Source of the DNA: an uncultured bacterium
GTDB taxonomy: Bacteria; Krumholzibacteriota; Krumholzibacteriia; LZORAL124-64-63
NCBI GenBank assembly: GCA_963727525.1
Contig: CAVSGO010000007.1
Coordinates: forward strand, 352,001 to 416,000
DNA: 64,000 bases
Direction: 5' to 3'
This document shows positions 9,609 through 18,147 of the stretch, in pieces (position 1 is the stretch's first letter; every line of letters begins with the position of its first letter). The translations under genes and the position numbers were made by a program. The notes beneath the pieces were generated by a model. It saw only the letters and a program-made list of their open reading frames with translations, was not told the origin of the DNA and made no database searches.

Positions 9609-10919
9609 ATGAACGCAACGAGGAGCATCCACGGACGGCGCCTCGCCCCGACCCTCGCGGTGATTGGCCTGGCGACCACCCTGCTGGCGCTGCCGTGCCT
9701 GGCGGCGGATACCGGCGGCACTCCCGGCGGCTACCTGCGCTATGGCGCGAGCGCACGCAGTCTCGCGCTCGGCAACGCCGTGGGTGGTCTGGCCGACGAT
9801 GCCGCCACCAGCTACTGGAATCCGGCGGGTCTGGCCTGGCTGCGCACGATGGAGCTGTCGGCCATGGGCGCGACGCTGATCTCGGACACGAAGTACGGCT
9901 TCGTGACCCTGGGCCTGCCCACCGAGCACTGGGGCACATTCGCCCTCAGCGGCACCTATACCAGGAGCGCCGATTTCGAGCGCACGACTCTCTTCGAGGA
10001 TCTCGACGAGACCTTCAGCGAGGGCGAAGGCATCTTCTCTCTGGCCTACGCCCGCGGTGGGCGGCGCTGGTCGTTCGGCGCGGCGGTGAAGACCGTCAGC
10101 CAGAGCATTGCCGGGTCCCAGGCCAACGGCACCGGCCTCGACCTCGGCGTGTCCCTGCGACCGCACCGCTCGTTGAGCCTGGGCATGAGCGTGCAGAACG
10201 CCATCGCGCCGAAGATCACGCTCGTCGAGGACGAGGAGGAGCTGCCCTGGAGCGTGCGCGGCGGCTTCGCCCTTCATTTTTTCCGCAACAAGTTGCAGGT
10301 GTCGGCCGACGGTGTGAAGACGCGCTGGATGGACACCAGCTACCGGGCCGGCCTCGAGGTATGGCCCACGCGGCCAGTGGCCATGCGTGCCGGCTACGAC
10401 GGCGAAAAGGACCAGTGGTCCGTGGGCGCCGGCATGCGCTGGGAGAACCTGCAGTTCGATTACGCCTACGTGAACACCGACCTGGGCGGCCAGAATGTCG
10501 TGAGCGCGACGCTGCGCTTCGGCGTGCCGTACGGCGTGAAGGTGGACCGCAACAAGGCCCTCTTCAGTCCGTCCGGCGCCGATCGCGAAGTGACCTTCGG
10601 CATCCGCACCGCCGTGCGCGGCGTGGTGGAGTCGTGGCGCGTGGAGATTCGTGACGACCACGGCAAGTCGGTGAAGGTGCTCCAGGGCGCGGGCGATCCG
10701 CCGTCCGAGGTAGCCTGGAACGGCGAGGACGGCGACGGCCGCCTGGTGGGCGACGGCGTCTACACGGCGCACGTCACGATCATCGACGATCTGGGTCAGG
10801 ACTGGGACTACGAGAGTGACGTCGAGGTGCTGGGCTTCCAGGAACGGACCCGGGCGCCCATCCGAGTGGAGATCGGCAGCGGTGCGGCAGGCGCCGCGGC
10901 AGGGAGTGACCAGCGATGA
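9609..10919 (+). CDS. PorV/PorQ (FadL-like) outer-membrane beta-barrel fused to a C-terminal FlgD-like Ig domain
   Basis: Signal peptide; ARSLALG...DDAATSYWNPAGLA PorV/FadL-type N-terminal motif; alternating beta strands ending QFDYAY...SATLRF; then W.VEIRDD.G..V....WNGEDGDG..V.DGVY. Confidence 0.8.
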   Translation: MNATRSIHGRRLAPTLAVIGLATTLLALPCLAADTGGTPGGYLRYGASARSLALGNAVGGLADDAATSYWNPAGLAWLRTMELSAMGATLISDTKYGFVTLGLPTEHWGTFALSGTYTRSADFERTTLFEDLDETFSEGEGIFSLAYARGGRRWSFGAAVKTVSQSIAGSQANGTGLDLGVSLRPHRSLSLGMSVQNAIAPKITLVEDEEELPWSVRGGFALHFFRNKLQVSADGVKTRWMDTSYRAGLEVWPTRPVAMRAGYDGEKDQWSVGAGMRWENLQFDYAYVNTDLGGQNVVSATLRFGVPYGVKVDRNKALFSPSGADREVTFGIRTAVRGVVESWRVEIRDDHGKSVKVLQGAGDPPSEVAWNGEDGDGRLVGDGVYTAHVTIIDDLGQDWDYESDVEVLGFQERTRAPIRVEIGSGAAGAAAGSDQR

Positions 10920-13900
10920 AGCGCAACACCATGATGGGTCTGATCGCGGCGGTGTGTCTGGCGACGGCAGGAGCCGCCACCGTCCGCGCAGGCCAGGAAC
11001 TGGCCGTGCCCACCGAGGCCGCCCTCTGGGAGGCCGCAGGCCAGGCGTACGCGGTCGGCGTCGACAAGTCGGCGGCGATGCAGCAGTACCGCCTCTTCGT
11101 CCAGACCTACGGCAAGAGTGACAAGGCGGCCCGGGCGCAGTACATGGTGGGCGAGTGCTACTTCGCCGCCAAGGACTGGGCCGGCGCCGTGCGCGAGTAC
11201 GGGCGCGTGAAGGACTACCGCGGCCGCGATGACTACCTCGAGGCCTCGGTGCTCCTGCGGCAGGGCGAGTGCCAGTTCAATCTCGGGCAGTTCGCCGACG
11301 CCATCGCGCTGTACAACCGCCTCCTCGACAAGTACGACGACACTTTCCTGCTAGCCGAGGGGCTCTACGAGATCGGCCAGGCATACATCGTCGACGGCAA
11401 CTGGCTCAAGCTGCGCGCGGCCTACCGCGAGCTGCTGGAGCGGCGGCCCGGCTACGCTGATCTGCCGCAAGTGAAGTTCGCCCTCGGCCTGTTCGCCTAC
11501 CAGGAGCAGGACTATGAGACCGCGCGCACCTACTTCGAGCAGGTGCCGAGCGACCGCGGCCTCTACTATCTGGGCCGCACGCTCGAGGACACGGGCCAGT
11601 ACATCCTGGCCATCCAGCGCTACAAGCAGGTCTTGCGGCGCCATGCCGACAGCCCGCTCGCCGACGACGTGGCCTTCAGTATCGCCGAGGCCTTCTATCG
11701 CTCCGGCCAGAACGACGTGGCCGTGCGCAGCTACCACGACTTCATCGAGAAGTATCCGGACAGCCCGTTCGTGCCCAATGCGCGCTACAAGATGGCGTGC
11801 GTCACTTTTCGCGAGAATCGGTACGACGAGTCGATCCGACAGCTCGAGGAGATCGTCAAGTCGTTCCCAGACAAGCAGGTGAGCGCCTACGCGCAGTACC
11901 TGATCGGCGATTGCTACATGCAGCTCCAGCGCACGAGCGAAGCGATCTTCGCCTACACCGATGTCGTGCGCCGATTCCCGGAGAGCACCGTGGCCAGCGC
12001 CGCGCTGCACAAGGTCATCTACGCCTACGCCAAGGAAGACAACTACGCGCAGGCCATCGTCCTGGCCGACGAGTTCCTGCAGCGTTATCCCGGCGATCCC
12101 CTGGCTCCGCGCGTGCGGGTGCTCAAGGGCTTCGGGCACTTCCAGCAGGAGGAGTACCCCCAGGCGATCATGGCCTTCCAGAACGTCGTGGACAAGCACG
12201 TGAACACCGACGTGGCCGAGCGCGCCCTCTTCCTTTCGACGCTGGCGTACTTCCGCATCGGACAGCTCGATCGCGTGATCACGAACTACAACTACATCGC
12301 CAGCAAGCTGCTACCGACGCCGAGCTACTGGCGCGGCCGCACCTACTATTACCTCGGAGAGGCCTATTTCGCCCAGGGGCTGTACCGCGAGGCCACGAGC
12401 ATGTACCGACTCGTGCTCACGGGCTACCCGCGCAGCAATGTTGCGGCGCCGGCGCTCCAGGGTCTGGTGGCATCGCTGAGCCGCACCGGCCAGTACGACC
12501 TCGCTCTGGAAGAGCAGGAGAAGTTCCTGCTGGCGCTCGCCAACTCCGACAGCGAGGACGGCACGAACAGCCTGGCCGTGGGTTCGATCTACTTCAACCA
12601 GCACAAGTACGAGGAGGCTCTCCACGAGTTCGAGGACTTCCTGAGCAAGAATCCCGACGGTCCGGCGGCCGCGTCGGCGCTCGCCAACCAGGGGGATTGC
12701 TATTACCGCCTGCAGTACTACGAGCAGGCCCTCGAGTCCTGGCAGACCCTGCTCACGCGCTTCCCCGACGCGCCGGAGGCCGGCGAGGCGCTCTACCGCA
12801 TCGCGGATACGCAATTCGGCCTCGGCAGGTTCGACGCCGCGGCGCGCAGCTACAGCCGCGTGCAGGCGCAGTTCGCCCAGGGCGCCCACGCCGCCGACGC
12901 CTCCTTCGGTCTGGCCAACTGCGCCTACAACCAGGGCAAGAACGATGATGCGATCGCGGCCTTCTCGCGTTTCGTCGACACCTATCCCAAGGATCCTCGT
13001 GTGGAGGACGCCGAGCTGGGCATCCAGAGCTGCTACTACCGCAGCGGCAAGGACATGGAAGCCTATCTCCAGGGTCATCCCGACAGTCCGCTGGCGGCCG
13101 ACGTCTACTGGAGCAAGGGTCAGGACGCATTCGCGGCCGGCGACTTCGCCACTGCGGCGCGCAACTTCGAGCGTGTGACCCTGGACTACCCGGATAGCGA
13201 GTCGGGACCTGGCGCTCTCTTCTATCTCGCCGAGAGCTACTACCGCGCGGAGTCGTTCGAGCAGGCGCTGGCCGGGTTCAACAACTTCACGACCACGCAC
13301 CCCACCCACGAGCTGAGCGAGCTGGCGCACCTGCGGTCGGCCACGATCCTCTTCAAGCTCGAGCGGTTCTCGGAGGCGGCCGCTGCCTACGAAACGCTGA
13401 CCGACCTCTTCCCGAGCGGCGAGTACACGGCGCTGGCCGCCTACAACGCCGCGATCTGCTACCAGCAGCTCGAGGACTGGCATGCCGCGATCGGCAGCCT
13501 CGTACGCTTCGCCGCCGACTTCCCCGACAGCGAGAACGCGAAGGGCGTGTGGCTGCAGATCGCCGGCATCTATCAGGAAGAGCTGGGGGACTACCCGCGC
13601 GCCGTGGAGGCGTACGACAAGGCCGCCGAGCGCGGCGAGACCTCGCCGGTCGAGGCGCGTTATCGCCAGGGCGAGTCGCTCGAGAAGTCGGGCGACGTCG
13701 ATGGGGCTCTGGAGCATTTCCAGCAAGCGGCTGCGGCCACCGGCGGCGCCGACCAGTTCCGTATCGCCAGCCTCGCGCAGATCGGGCAGATCAGCGAGGA
13801 CCGCGGCGACTGGGCCACCGCGATCGCCGCGTACGAGAAGATCGTCGCGGCGGGCGGCAAGGAGGAGTGGACGGCGATGGCGCAGGGGCGCATCGCCGCC

Positions 13901-13933
13901 ATCAAGGAGATGCAGGTGTCGAGCGGTAGCTAG
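10916..13933 (+). CDS. Large periplasmic tetratricopeptide-repeat protein (CpoB/BamD-like TPR units)
   Basis: Signal peptide; more than 20 A.Y..G..Y......A...Y......YP.S repeats; start overlaps the upstream stop (ATGA). Confidence 0.9.
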   Translation: MKRNTMMGLIAAVCLATAGAATVRAGQELAVPTEAALWEAAGQAYAVGVDKSAAMQQYRLFVQTYGKSDKAARAQYMVGECYFAAKDWAGAVREYGRVKDYRGRDDYLEASVLLRQGECQFNLGQFADAIALYNRLLDKYDDTFLLAEGLYEIGQAYIVDGNWLKLRAAYRELLERRPGYADLPQVKFALGLFAYQEQDYETARTYFEQVPSDRGLYYLGRTLEDTGQYILAIQRYKQVLRRHADSPLADDVAFSIAEAFYRSGQNDVAVRSYHDFIEKYPDSPFVPNARYKMACVTFRENRYDESIRQLEEIVKSFPDKQVSAYAQYLIGDCYMQLQRTSEAIFAYTDVVRRFPESTVASAALHKVIYAYAKEDNYAQAIVLADEFLQRYPGDPLAPRVRVLKGFGHFQQEEYPQAIMAFQNVVDKHVNTDVAERALFLSTLAYFRIGQLDRVITNYNYIASKLLPTPSYWRGRTYYYLGEAYFAQGLYREATSMYRLVLTGYPRSNVAAPALQGLVASLSRTGQYDLALEEQEKFLLALANSDSEDGTNSLAVGSIYFNQHKYEEALHEFEDFLSKNPDGPAAASALANQGDCYYRLQYYEQALESWQTLLTRFPDAPEAGEALYRIADTQFGLGRFDAAARSYSRVQAQFAQGAHAADASFGLANCAYNQGKNDDAIAAFSRFVDTYPKDPRVEDAELGIQSCYYRSGKDMEAYLQGHPDSPLAADVYWSKGQDAFAAGDFATAARNFERVTLDYPDSESGPGALFYLAESYYRAESFEQALAGFNNFTTTHPTHELSELAHLRSATILFKLERFSEAAAAYETLTDLFPSGEYTALAAYNAAICYQQLEDWHAAIGSLVRFAADFPDSENAKGVWLQIAGIYQEELGDYPRAVEAYDKAAERGETSPVEARYRQGESLEKSGDVDGALEHFQQAAAATGGADQFRIASLAQIGQISEDRGDWATAIAAYEKIVAAGGKEEWTAMAQGRIAAIKEMQVSSGS

Positions 13934-13958
13934 GTCGCCGGCATCCGTTGGCGGTGCA

Positions 13959-13996
13959 CGATCCCCGGGGACCCGGTTCCCGGGGATCGCGTTTTT
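13959..13996 (+). terminator. Intrinsic terminator after the TPR gene
   Basis: CGATCCCCGGG / CCCGGGGATCG stem followed by CGTTTTT. Confidence 0.65.
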
Positions 13997-14243
13997 GGGC
14001 CACCACGACCGGGCGCCACGAGGAAAGGTCAGGAAGTTTCGACCCCTGCGTGGACGTGGCACGCTGGTTGCCGAGGGACGGGGTAGCAGAAGGAATATCG
14101 GCCGCAATCGGGTCATAACGGCGGTGCGCCGCCACGGGATCTGGCAAAGAGCAAGGCCCGGCCCCGGACCCGGATCGCGGGATTGCAGAACGCAACCGTC
14201 GGCGCGAGGACGCCGACGCCCCAACAGGAAAGGTCAGGCTGCC

Positions 14244-14954
14244 ATGTTCGGCGACATGTCCATCATCCAGGTCTTCCAGTCCTCCATGACCATGGTGGTG
14301 CTGCTGCTCTGCTCGATCGTGACGTTCGCGTACGTCGTGGAGCGCAGTCTCTACTTCCAGACGTCGTCGTGCAACGTGCGACGGTTCATGCAGGAGCTGT
14401 CCGGCCACATGAAGGCCGGCAACCCGCGCGCGGCTCTCGAGTACTGCCAGAAGACCAACAAGCCCATCGGGCGGGTCATGGCCCAGGCCCTGGCGACCAT
14501 GACGCGCAGCCGCGAGGAGCAGACCCAGCGGCTGGAGACGGCCATCGAGCTGGAGCAGGTGGAAATGGAGCGGCACCTGGGCGTGCTCGGCACCATGGCC
14601 AACATCGCCCCGCTGCTCGGCCTCTTCGGTACGGTGGTCGGCATCATCCGCGCCTTCGCCGACATCGCGCGCACCGGTTCCGGTGGCGGCGCCGTGGTGG
14701 CGATGGGCGTGTCCGAGGCTCTGCTTACGACCGCTGCGGGCATCATCATCGCCGTGCTGGCCACGGTGACGTTCAACTTCTTCGTGCGTCGCGTGCGCAC
14801 GCGCGTGGCGCAGCTCGAGGATGCCCGGGAGACCTGGTTCACCCTGTGGCACCAGTACCAACGCCAGACACGTAGCGGGGCGGCGCCGACGCGCGCCACC
14901 GCCGCCCAGACCAAGACGACGTCCCGTCCCGAGCCCGCTGGCATCCTGAGCTAA
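14244..14954 (+). CDS. exbB: MotA/TolQ/ExbB proton-channel family protein
   Basis: LGTMANIAPLLGLFGTVVGII.AF and GVSEALLTTAAG motifs; ATG at 14244 chosen over the long ORF-track extension. Confidence 0.9.
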   Translation: MFGDMSIIQVFQSSMTMVVLLLCSIVTFAYVVERSLYFQTSSCNVRRFMQELSGHMKAGNPRAALEYCQKTNKPIGRVMAQALATMTRSREEQTQRLETAIELEQVEMERHLGVLGTMANIAPLLGLFGTVVGIIRAFADIARTGSGGGAVVAMGVSEALLTTAAGIIIAVLATVTFNFFVRRVRTRVAQLEDARETWFTLWHQYQRQTRSGAAPTRATAAQTKTTSRPEPAGILS

Positions 14955-14968
14955 GACGAGGAGCCGAT

Positions 14969-15394
14969 ATGGCCCGCAAGAACAGCAGCCTGAACGACTC
15001 GCTCACAGACGCCAACATCACACCGCTGGCGGACGTGACGACAACCCTGATCGTGGTCTTCCTGATCACGATGCCCGCTCTCATGTGGAACGGCTTCGAC
15101 GTCAACCAGGCCGAGGCCGGGGGCAAGGACCCCGTGGTCCAGCCGACCGAAGAAGTCGATGAGGATCTGCTGACGATCGCCGTCACGCCGGCGGGGTACT
15201 TGCTCAACGGCAAGGCCACGGACGAGGCCGATCTCGGCGCGGAACTGCGCTCGCGCCTCCAGACGCGCGACGATCGCACCGTGGTGATCGTGCCGGACGA
15301 CGTCGTGCCCCTGGGCCGCGTCGTCACCGCCCTGGATATCGCCAAGGCCAGCGGGGCCTCGAGTCTGGCCCTGCTCAACCGGATCGGGGGCTAG
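14969..15394 (+). CDS. exbD: ExbD/TolR family protein with canonical Asp22
   Basis: ANITPLADV...LIVVFLI TM helix; C-terminal V.I.PD..VP.G.VV..LD..K..G. Confidence 0.88.
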   Translation: MARKNSSLNDSLTDANITPLADVTTTLIVVFLITMPALMWNGFDVNQAEAGGKDPVVQPTEEVDEDLLTIAVTPAGYLLNGKATDEADLGAELRSRLQTRDDRTVVIVPDDVVPLGRVVTALDIAKASGASSLALLNRIGG

Positions 15395-15396
15395 AC

Positions 15397-15813
15397 GTGG
15401 CACGCCGCAATGGTCTGAAAATCGAGACCCGGGTGACGGTGGTGCCCGTCATCAACGTCTCCCTGGTCGTGGTCCTCACGCTCATGGTGATCGCGCCGTT
15501 CCTCAGCGGTGAGGATCAGGAGATCGATCTGCCCCAGGCTATGGCTAGCCAGGCCGATGACACCGACAACATCGAGATCATGTTCACGCACGATCGGCGC
15601 GTGTTGATCGACGAGGCGGAGATCGCGATCGGCGACCTGCCCGACCTGCTGGCGAACACGTTCGCCATGATGCCGCACAGCGTGGCGGTGGTGAAGGCGG
15701 ACCAGAGCCTGCCCTATGGCGAGGTGGAGACGCTGATTGCCGCGATCGAGGAGGCCGGGGCGCCGCGCATCGCCCTCGCCACGAAACCCAAGCAGGAGGA
15801 GGCCGGTCGATGA
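15397..15813 (+). CDS. exbD: Second ExbD/TolR family protein; TM Asp replaced by Asn
   Basis: VVPVINVSLVVVLTLMV TM helix, IDLPQA, KADQSLPYGEV...GA..IAL. Confidence 0.85.
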   Translation: MARRNGLKIETRVTVVPVINVSLVVVLTLMVIAPFLSGEDQEIDLPQAMASQADDTDNIEIMFTHDRRVLIDEAEIAIGDLPDLLANTFAMMPHSVAVVKADQSLPYGEVETLIAAIEEAGAPRIALATKPKQEEAGR

Positions 15814-17123
15814 TGCAGTACGCCATCGACCGCCGGCGCCAGACCCGCGGCGGCTTCGCGGCGAGCTTGGGAGCGCACGTCCTGGCGATCCTGCTGCTCG
15901 GACTGATGATCGGGCACCAGGCCGTCCAGCGCCTGGAGGACGAACTCACCGAGATCTCCTATATCGAGGCGCGCTACGGCGAGGACGTGGCGGCCAAGGT
16001 GAAGCTGAAGGACCCCATGCTGAACAAGCCGGCGCCGCCGGGACCGGTCGGGCCTGGCATCACCACCGATTCGGCCGTGAAGCCCAAGGAAGCGCCACCG
16101 GGACCGCCGGCACCAGTGCTCGCGCCCGAGCTGCCGCCGGCGACGCCCCGGCCGCAACCGCAACTCGCACAGGCCGCGGCGCCGCAGATCGCGCCGGTCA
16201 CGAAGCCGGTGCGCACGCTCGAACAGGCGCCGGTGCTCGATGCGCGTGACGCGCCCGCACCCGCGCGGCGTGTGATCGATACCGACAAGCTGAAAGACAG
16301 CCTGGCCGGCAAGCTCGTCGAGGCTCAGCCGAGGACGCTGCGCCCGACTCCGGTCGCCGACCGCGAGGCTTTCAAGCCCGTCAACGGCAATCTCCGCGAC
16401 CGCGGCGGCCGCGGACCCTCGGGAGCCGACCCGGTTGTCTCGGCGGCACCCCGGCAGGATCCCGGCACCGTGGTCGAGGCTCCGGCATCCCTCGGCGGGG
16501 CCAGCCTCAGCAGCCGAGCCTCGGCCGGCAGCTATGTGGCCCCGGCATCGTCCCTCGCCCCGGCCGGGGTGACGCAGGGCTCGATGGCCGGCGGCGCCGT
16601 GCTCGACATCGCCGGGCCGGCATCAGGCGGCGGCGGCGGCGCTCGCAAGGGCCGCAAGACGATCCTCAATTACGGGTCCGGCGGTGGCGGCGGCGGCGGG
16701 CTCGTGGGCCGCAGCGGTCGTCTCGCCGAACCCCCGGCCAGCCGGGCCATCGTCAACGACCCCGCGCCGGCGACCAGCGACGACAAGGCCCAGGTGGCCG
16801 AGGCCAAGGTGTCCGCGGAGAAGGGCGTCGGCATGACCATCACTGGCCAGATCGCCGGCCGCAAGATCCTGCACCGGGTAGCCCCGGGGTACTCGGATGC
16901 GGCGCGTCGCAATGGCTGGGAAGGCGTGGTGGCCGTGCGTTTCACCGTGCTGCCCGACGGCCGCGTGAAGGACAACATGTTCTTCGAGCAGACCTCTGTG
17001 CACCGCGATCTCAACCAGGCCGCCATGGCGGCCATCAAGCAGTTCCGGTTCGCATCACTGCCCTCGGACCAGTCGGCCGTCGAGCAGTGGGGCGTGATCA
17101 CCATCGTCTTCCGATTGAACTAG
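15810..17123 (+). CDS. tonB: TonB family energy transducer
   Basis: N-terminal TM helix with S-x3-H (ASLGAH), long Pro/Ala/Gly-rich linker, TonB_C P.Y...ARR.G.EG.V.V.F.V..DG.V ending VFRLN. Confidence 0.88.
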   Translation: MMQYAIDRRRQTRGGFAASLGAHVLAILLLGLMIGHQAVQRLEDELTEISYIEARYGEDVAAKVKLKDPMLNKPAPPGPVGPGITTDSAVKPKEAPPGPPAPVLAPELPPATPRPQPQLAQAAAPQIAPVTKPVRTLEQAPVLDARDAPAPARRVIDTDKLKDSLAGKLVEAQPRTLRPTPVADREAFKPVNGNLRDRGGRGPSGADPVVSAAPRQDPGTVVEAPASLGGASLSSRASAGSYVAPASSLAPAGVTQGSMAGGAVLDIAGPASGGGGGARKGRKTILNYGSGGGGGGGLVGRSGRLAEPPASRAIVNDPAPATSDDKAQVAEAKVSAEKGVGMTITGQIAGRKILHRVAPGYSDAARRNGWEGVVAVRFTVLPDGRVKDNMFFEQTSVHRDLNQAAMAAIKQFRFASLPSDQSAVEQWGVITIVFRLN

Positions 17124-17143
17124 AGCTTCAGGAGCAGACGACC

Positions 17144-18091
17144 ATGAGCAAGCGCATCACGATTTCCGGTCTCGCGACCGCATTGATCCTGCTGGCGGGC
17201 GGGGCCGTGGCCCAGACGGCGACCAACGACTCCACGGGTGCACAGTGGACGCAGGCCGGCGAATCGGGCGCGGCCCTGCCGGAGATGGTGGTCGAGGCGC
17301 AGAACAAGGTGCGGCAGCAGATCGAGAAGACGAACTTCGCCATGGAGCTGAGCGCGGCCGTGGTCGATACATTCTACACGCCCATGGACGATCAGGCTCT
17401 CGGCGTGAGTCCGGTGAGCGGGTTGCAGCCGTACCTCAACAACCTCGAGCCGCTGTCCAGCGACCAGCCGCCGCACTGCTGGCTGCCGGAGATGACGAGA
17501 ACCCCGGTGGCGACCTTCTATCCCGGTGAACCCGAGGGCCACAAGATCAAGCAGTGGAACCTCACGGTCACCGATTTTCGCGGTAGCCCCTGCCGCACGT
17601 ACCAGGGCGGCGGCAACCCGCCGAAAGCCGTGTCCTGGGATGGGCACACCAACGCGGGCGAGATCCTGCGTGTCGGCTACCCGTACAGCTACGTCTTCCA
17701 GCTCACCGACAAGGGCACCAACACGTACAACTACGCCGGCGCCAGTTTCCGCATCCCGGCGCTCGACTACCGTAGGGACGGCGACCGCATGCTCGAGATC
17801 GCGGGCGGGGAGATCTTCGCGCGAGAACAAAGCGAGCTGACGGATTCTGGCAAGGCGTGGCTCACCCGGGCCGCCGACGAGATCCGGCGCCATCCCTACT
17901 CGCCGGTGCGCGTCACGGTGACCGCCGAGACCAAGGACCTCGCCGCCCGGCGCGCGGATGCCGCCGCGGGCTTCCTCGCCACGACGATGATCCTGCCCCG
18001 GGAGCAGGTGGAGACGGAGGCGGTGCAGAAGGCGGATCTGCGGGCGGAGATGGACGGCACGGTCGCCATCGCCATCCAGCACGCGGATTGA
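17144..18091 (+). CDS. Periplasmic protein: TonB-box-like N-terminus, FlgD-like Ig domain, degenerate OmpA_C-like domain
   Basis: AGGAG RBS; signal peptide ending AVA; LPEMVVEA; W.LTVTDFRG...GNPPKAVSWDG; IF....SEL.....L...A..I..HP...LAARRA..A..FL. Confidence 0.6.
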   Translation: MSKRITISGLATALILLAGGAVAQTATNDSTGAQWTQAGESGAALPEMVVEAQNKVRQQIEKTNFAMELSAAVVDTFYTPMDDQALGVSPVSGLQPYLNNLEPLSSDQPPHCWLPEMTRTPVATFYPGEPEGHKIKQWNLTVTDFRGSPCRTYQGGGNPPKAVSWDGHTNAGEILRVGYPYSYVFQLTDKGTNTYNYAGASFRIPALDYRRDGDRMLEIAGGEIFAREQSELTDSGKAWLTRAADEIRRHPYSPVRVTVTAETKDLAARRADAAAGFLATTMILPREQVETEAVQKADLRAEMDGTVAIAIQHAD

Positions 18092-18111
18092 CGTCCCGCG
18101 ATGGGAGTCAC

Positions 18112-18140
18112 CAGGGCCGGGACCACGGGTCCCGGCCCTG
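18112..18140. terminator. Hairpin between convergent genes (probable bidirectional terminator)
   Basis: CAGGGCCGGGACC-ACG-GGTCCCGGCCCTG perfect 13-bp stem. Confidence 0.6.
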
Positions 18141-18147
18141 ATCTCGT

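Noticed and set aside
14244-17123. Interpretation as a Tol-Pal or flagellar MotAB locus
   Set aside because: No tolB, pal or flagellar genes are adjacent; the ExbD copies lack a MotB OmpA domain; the FlgD-like domains here are not hook-cap proteins
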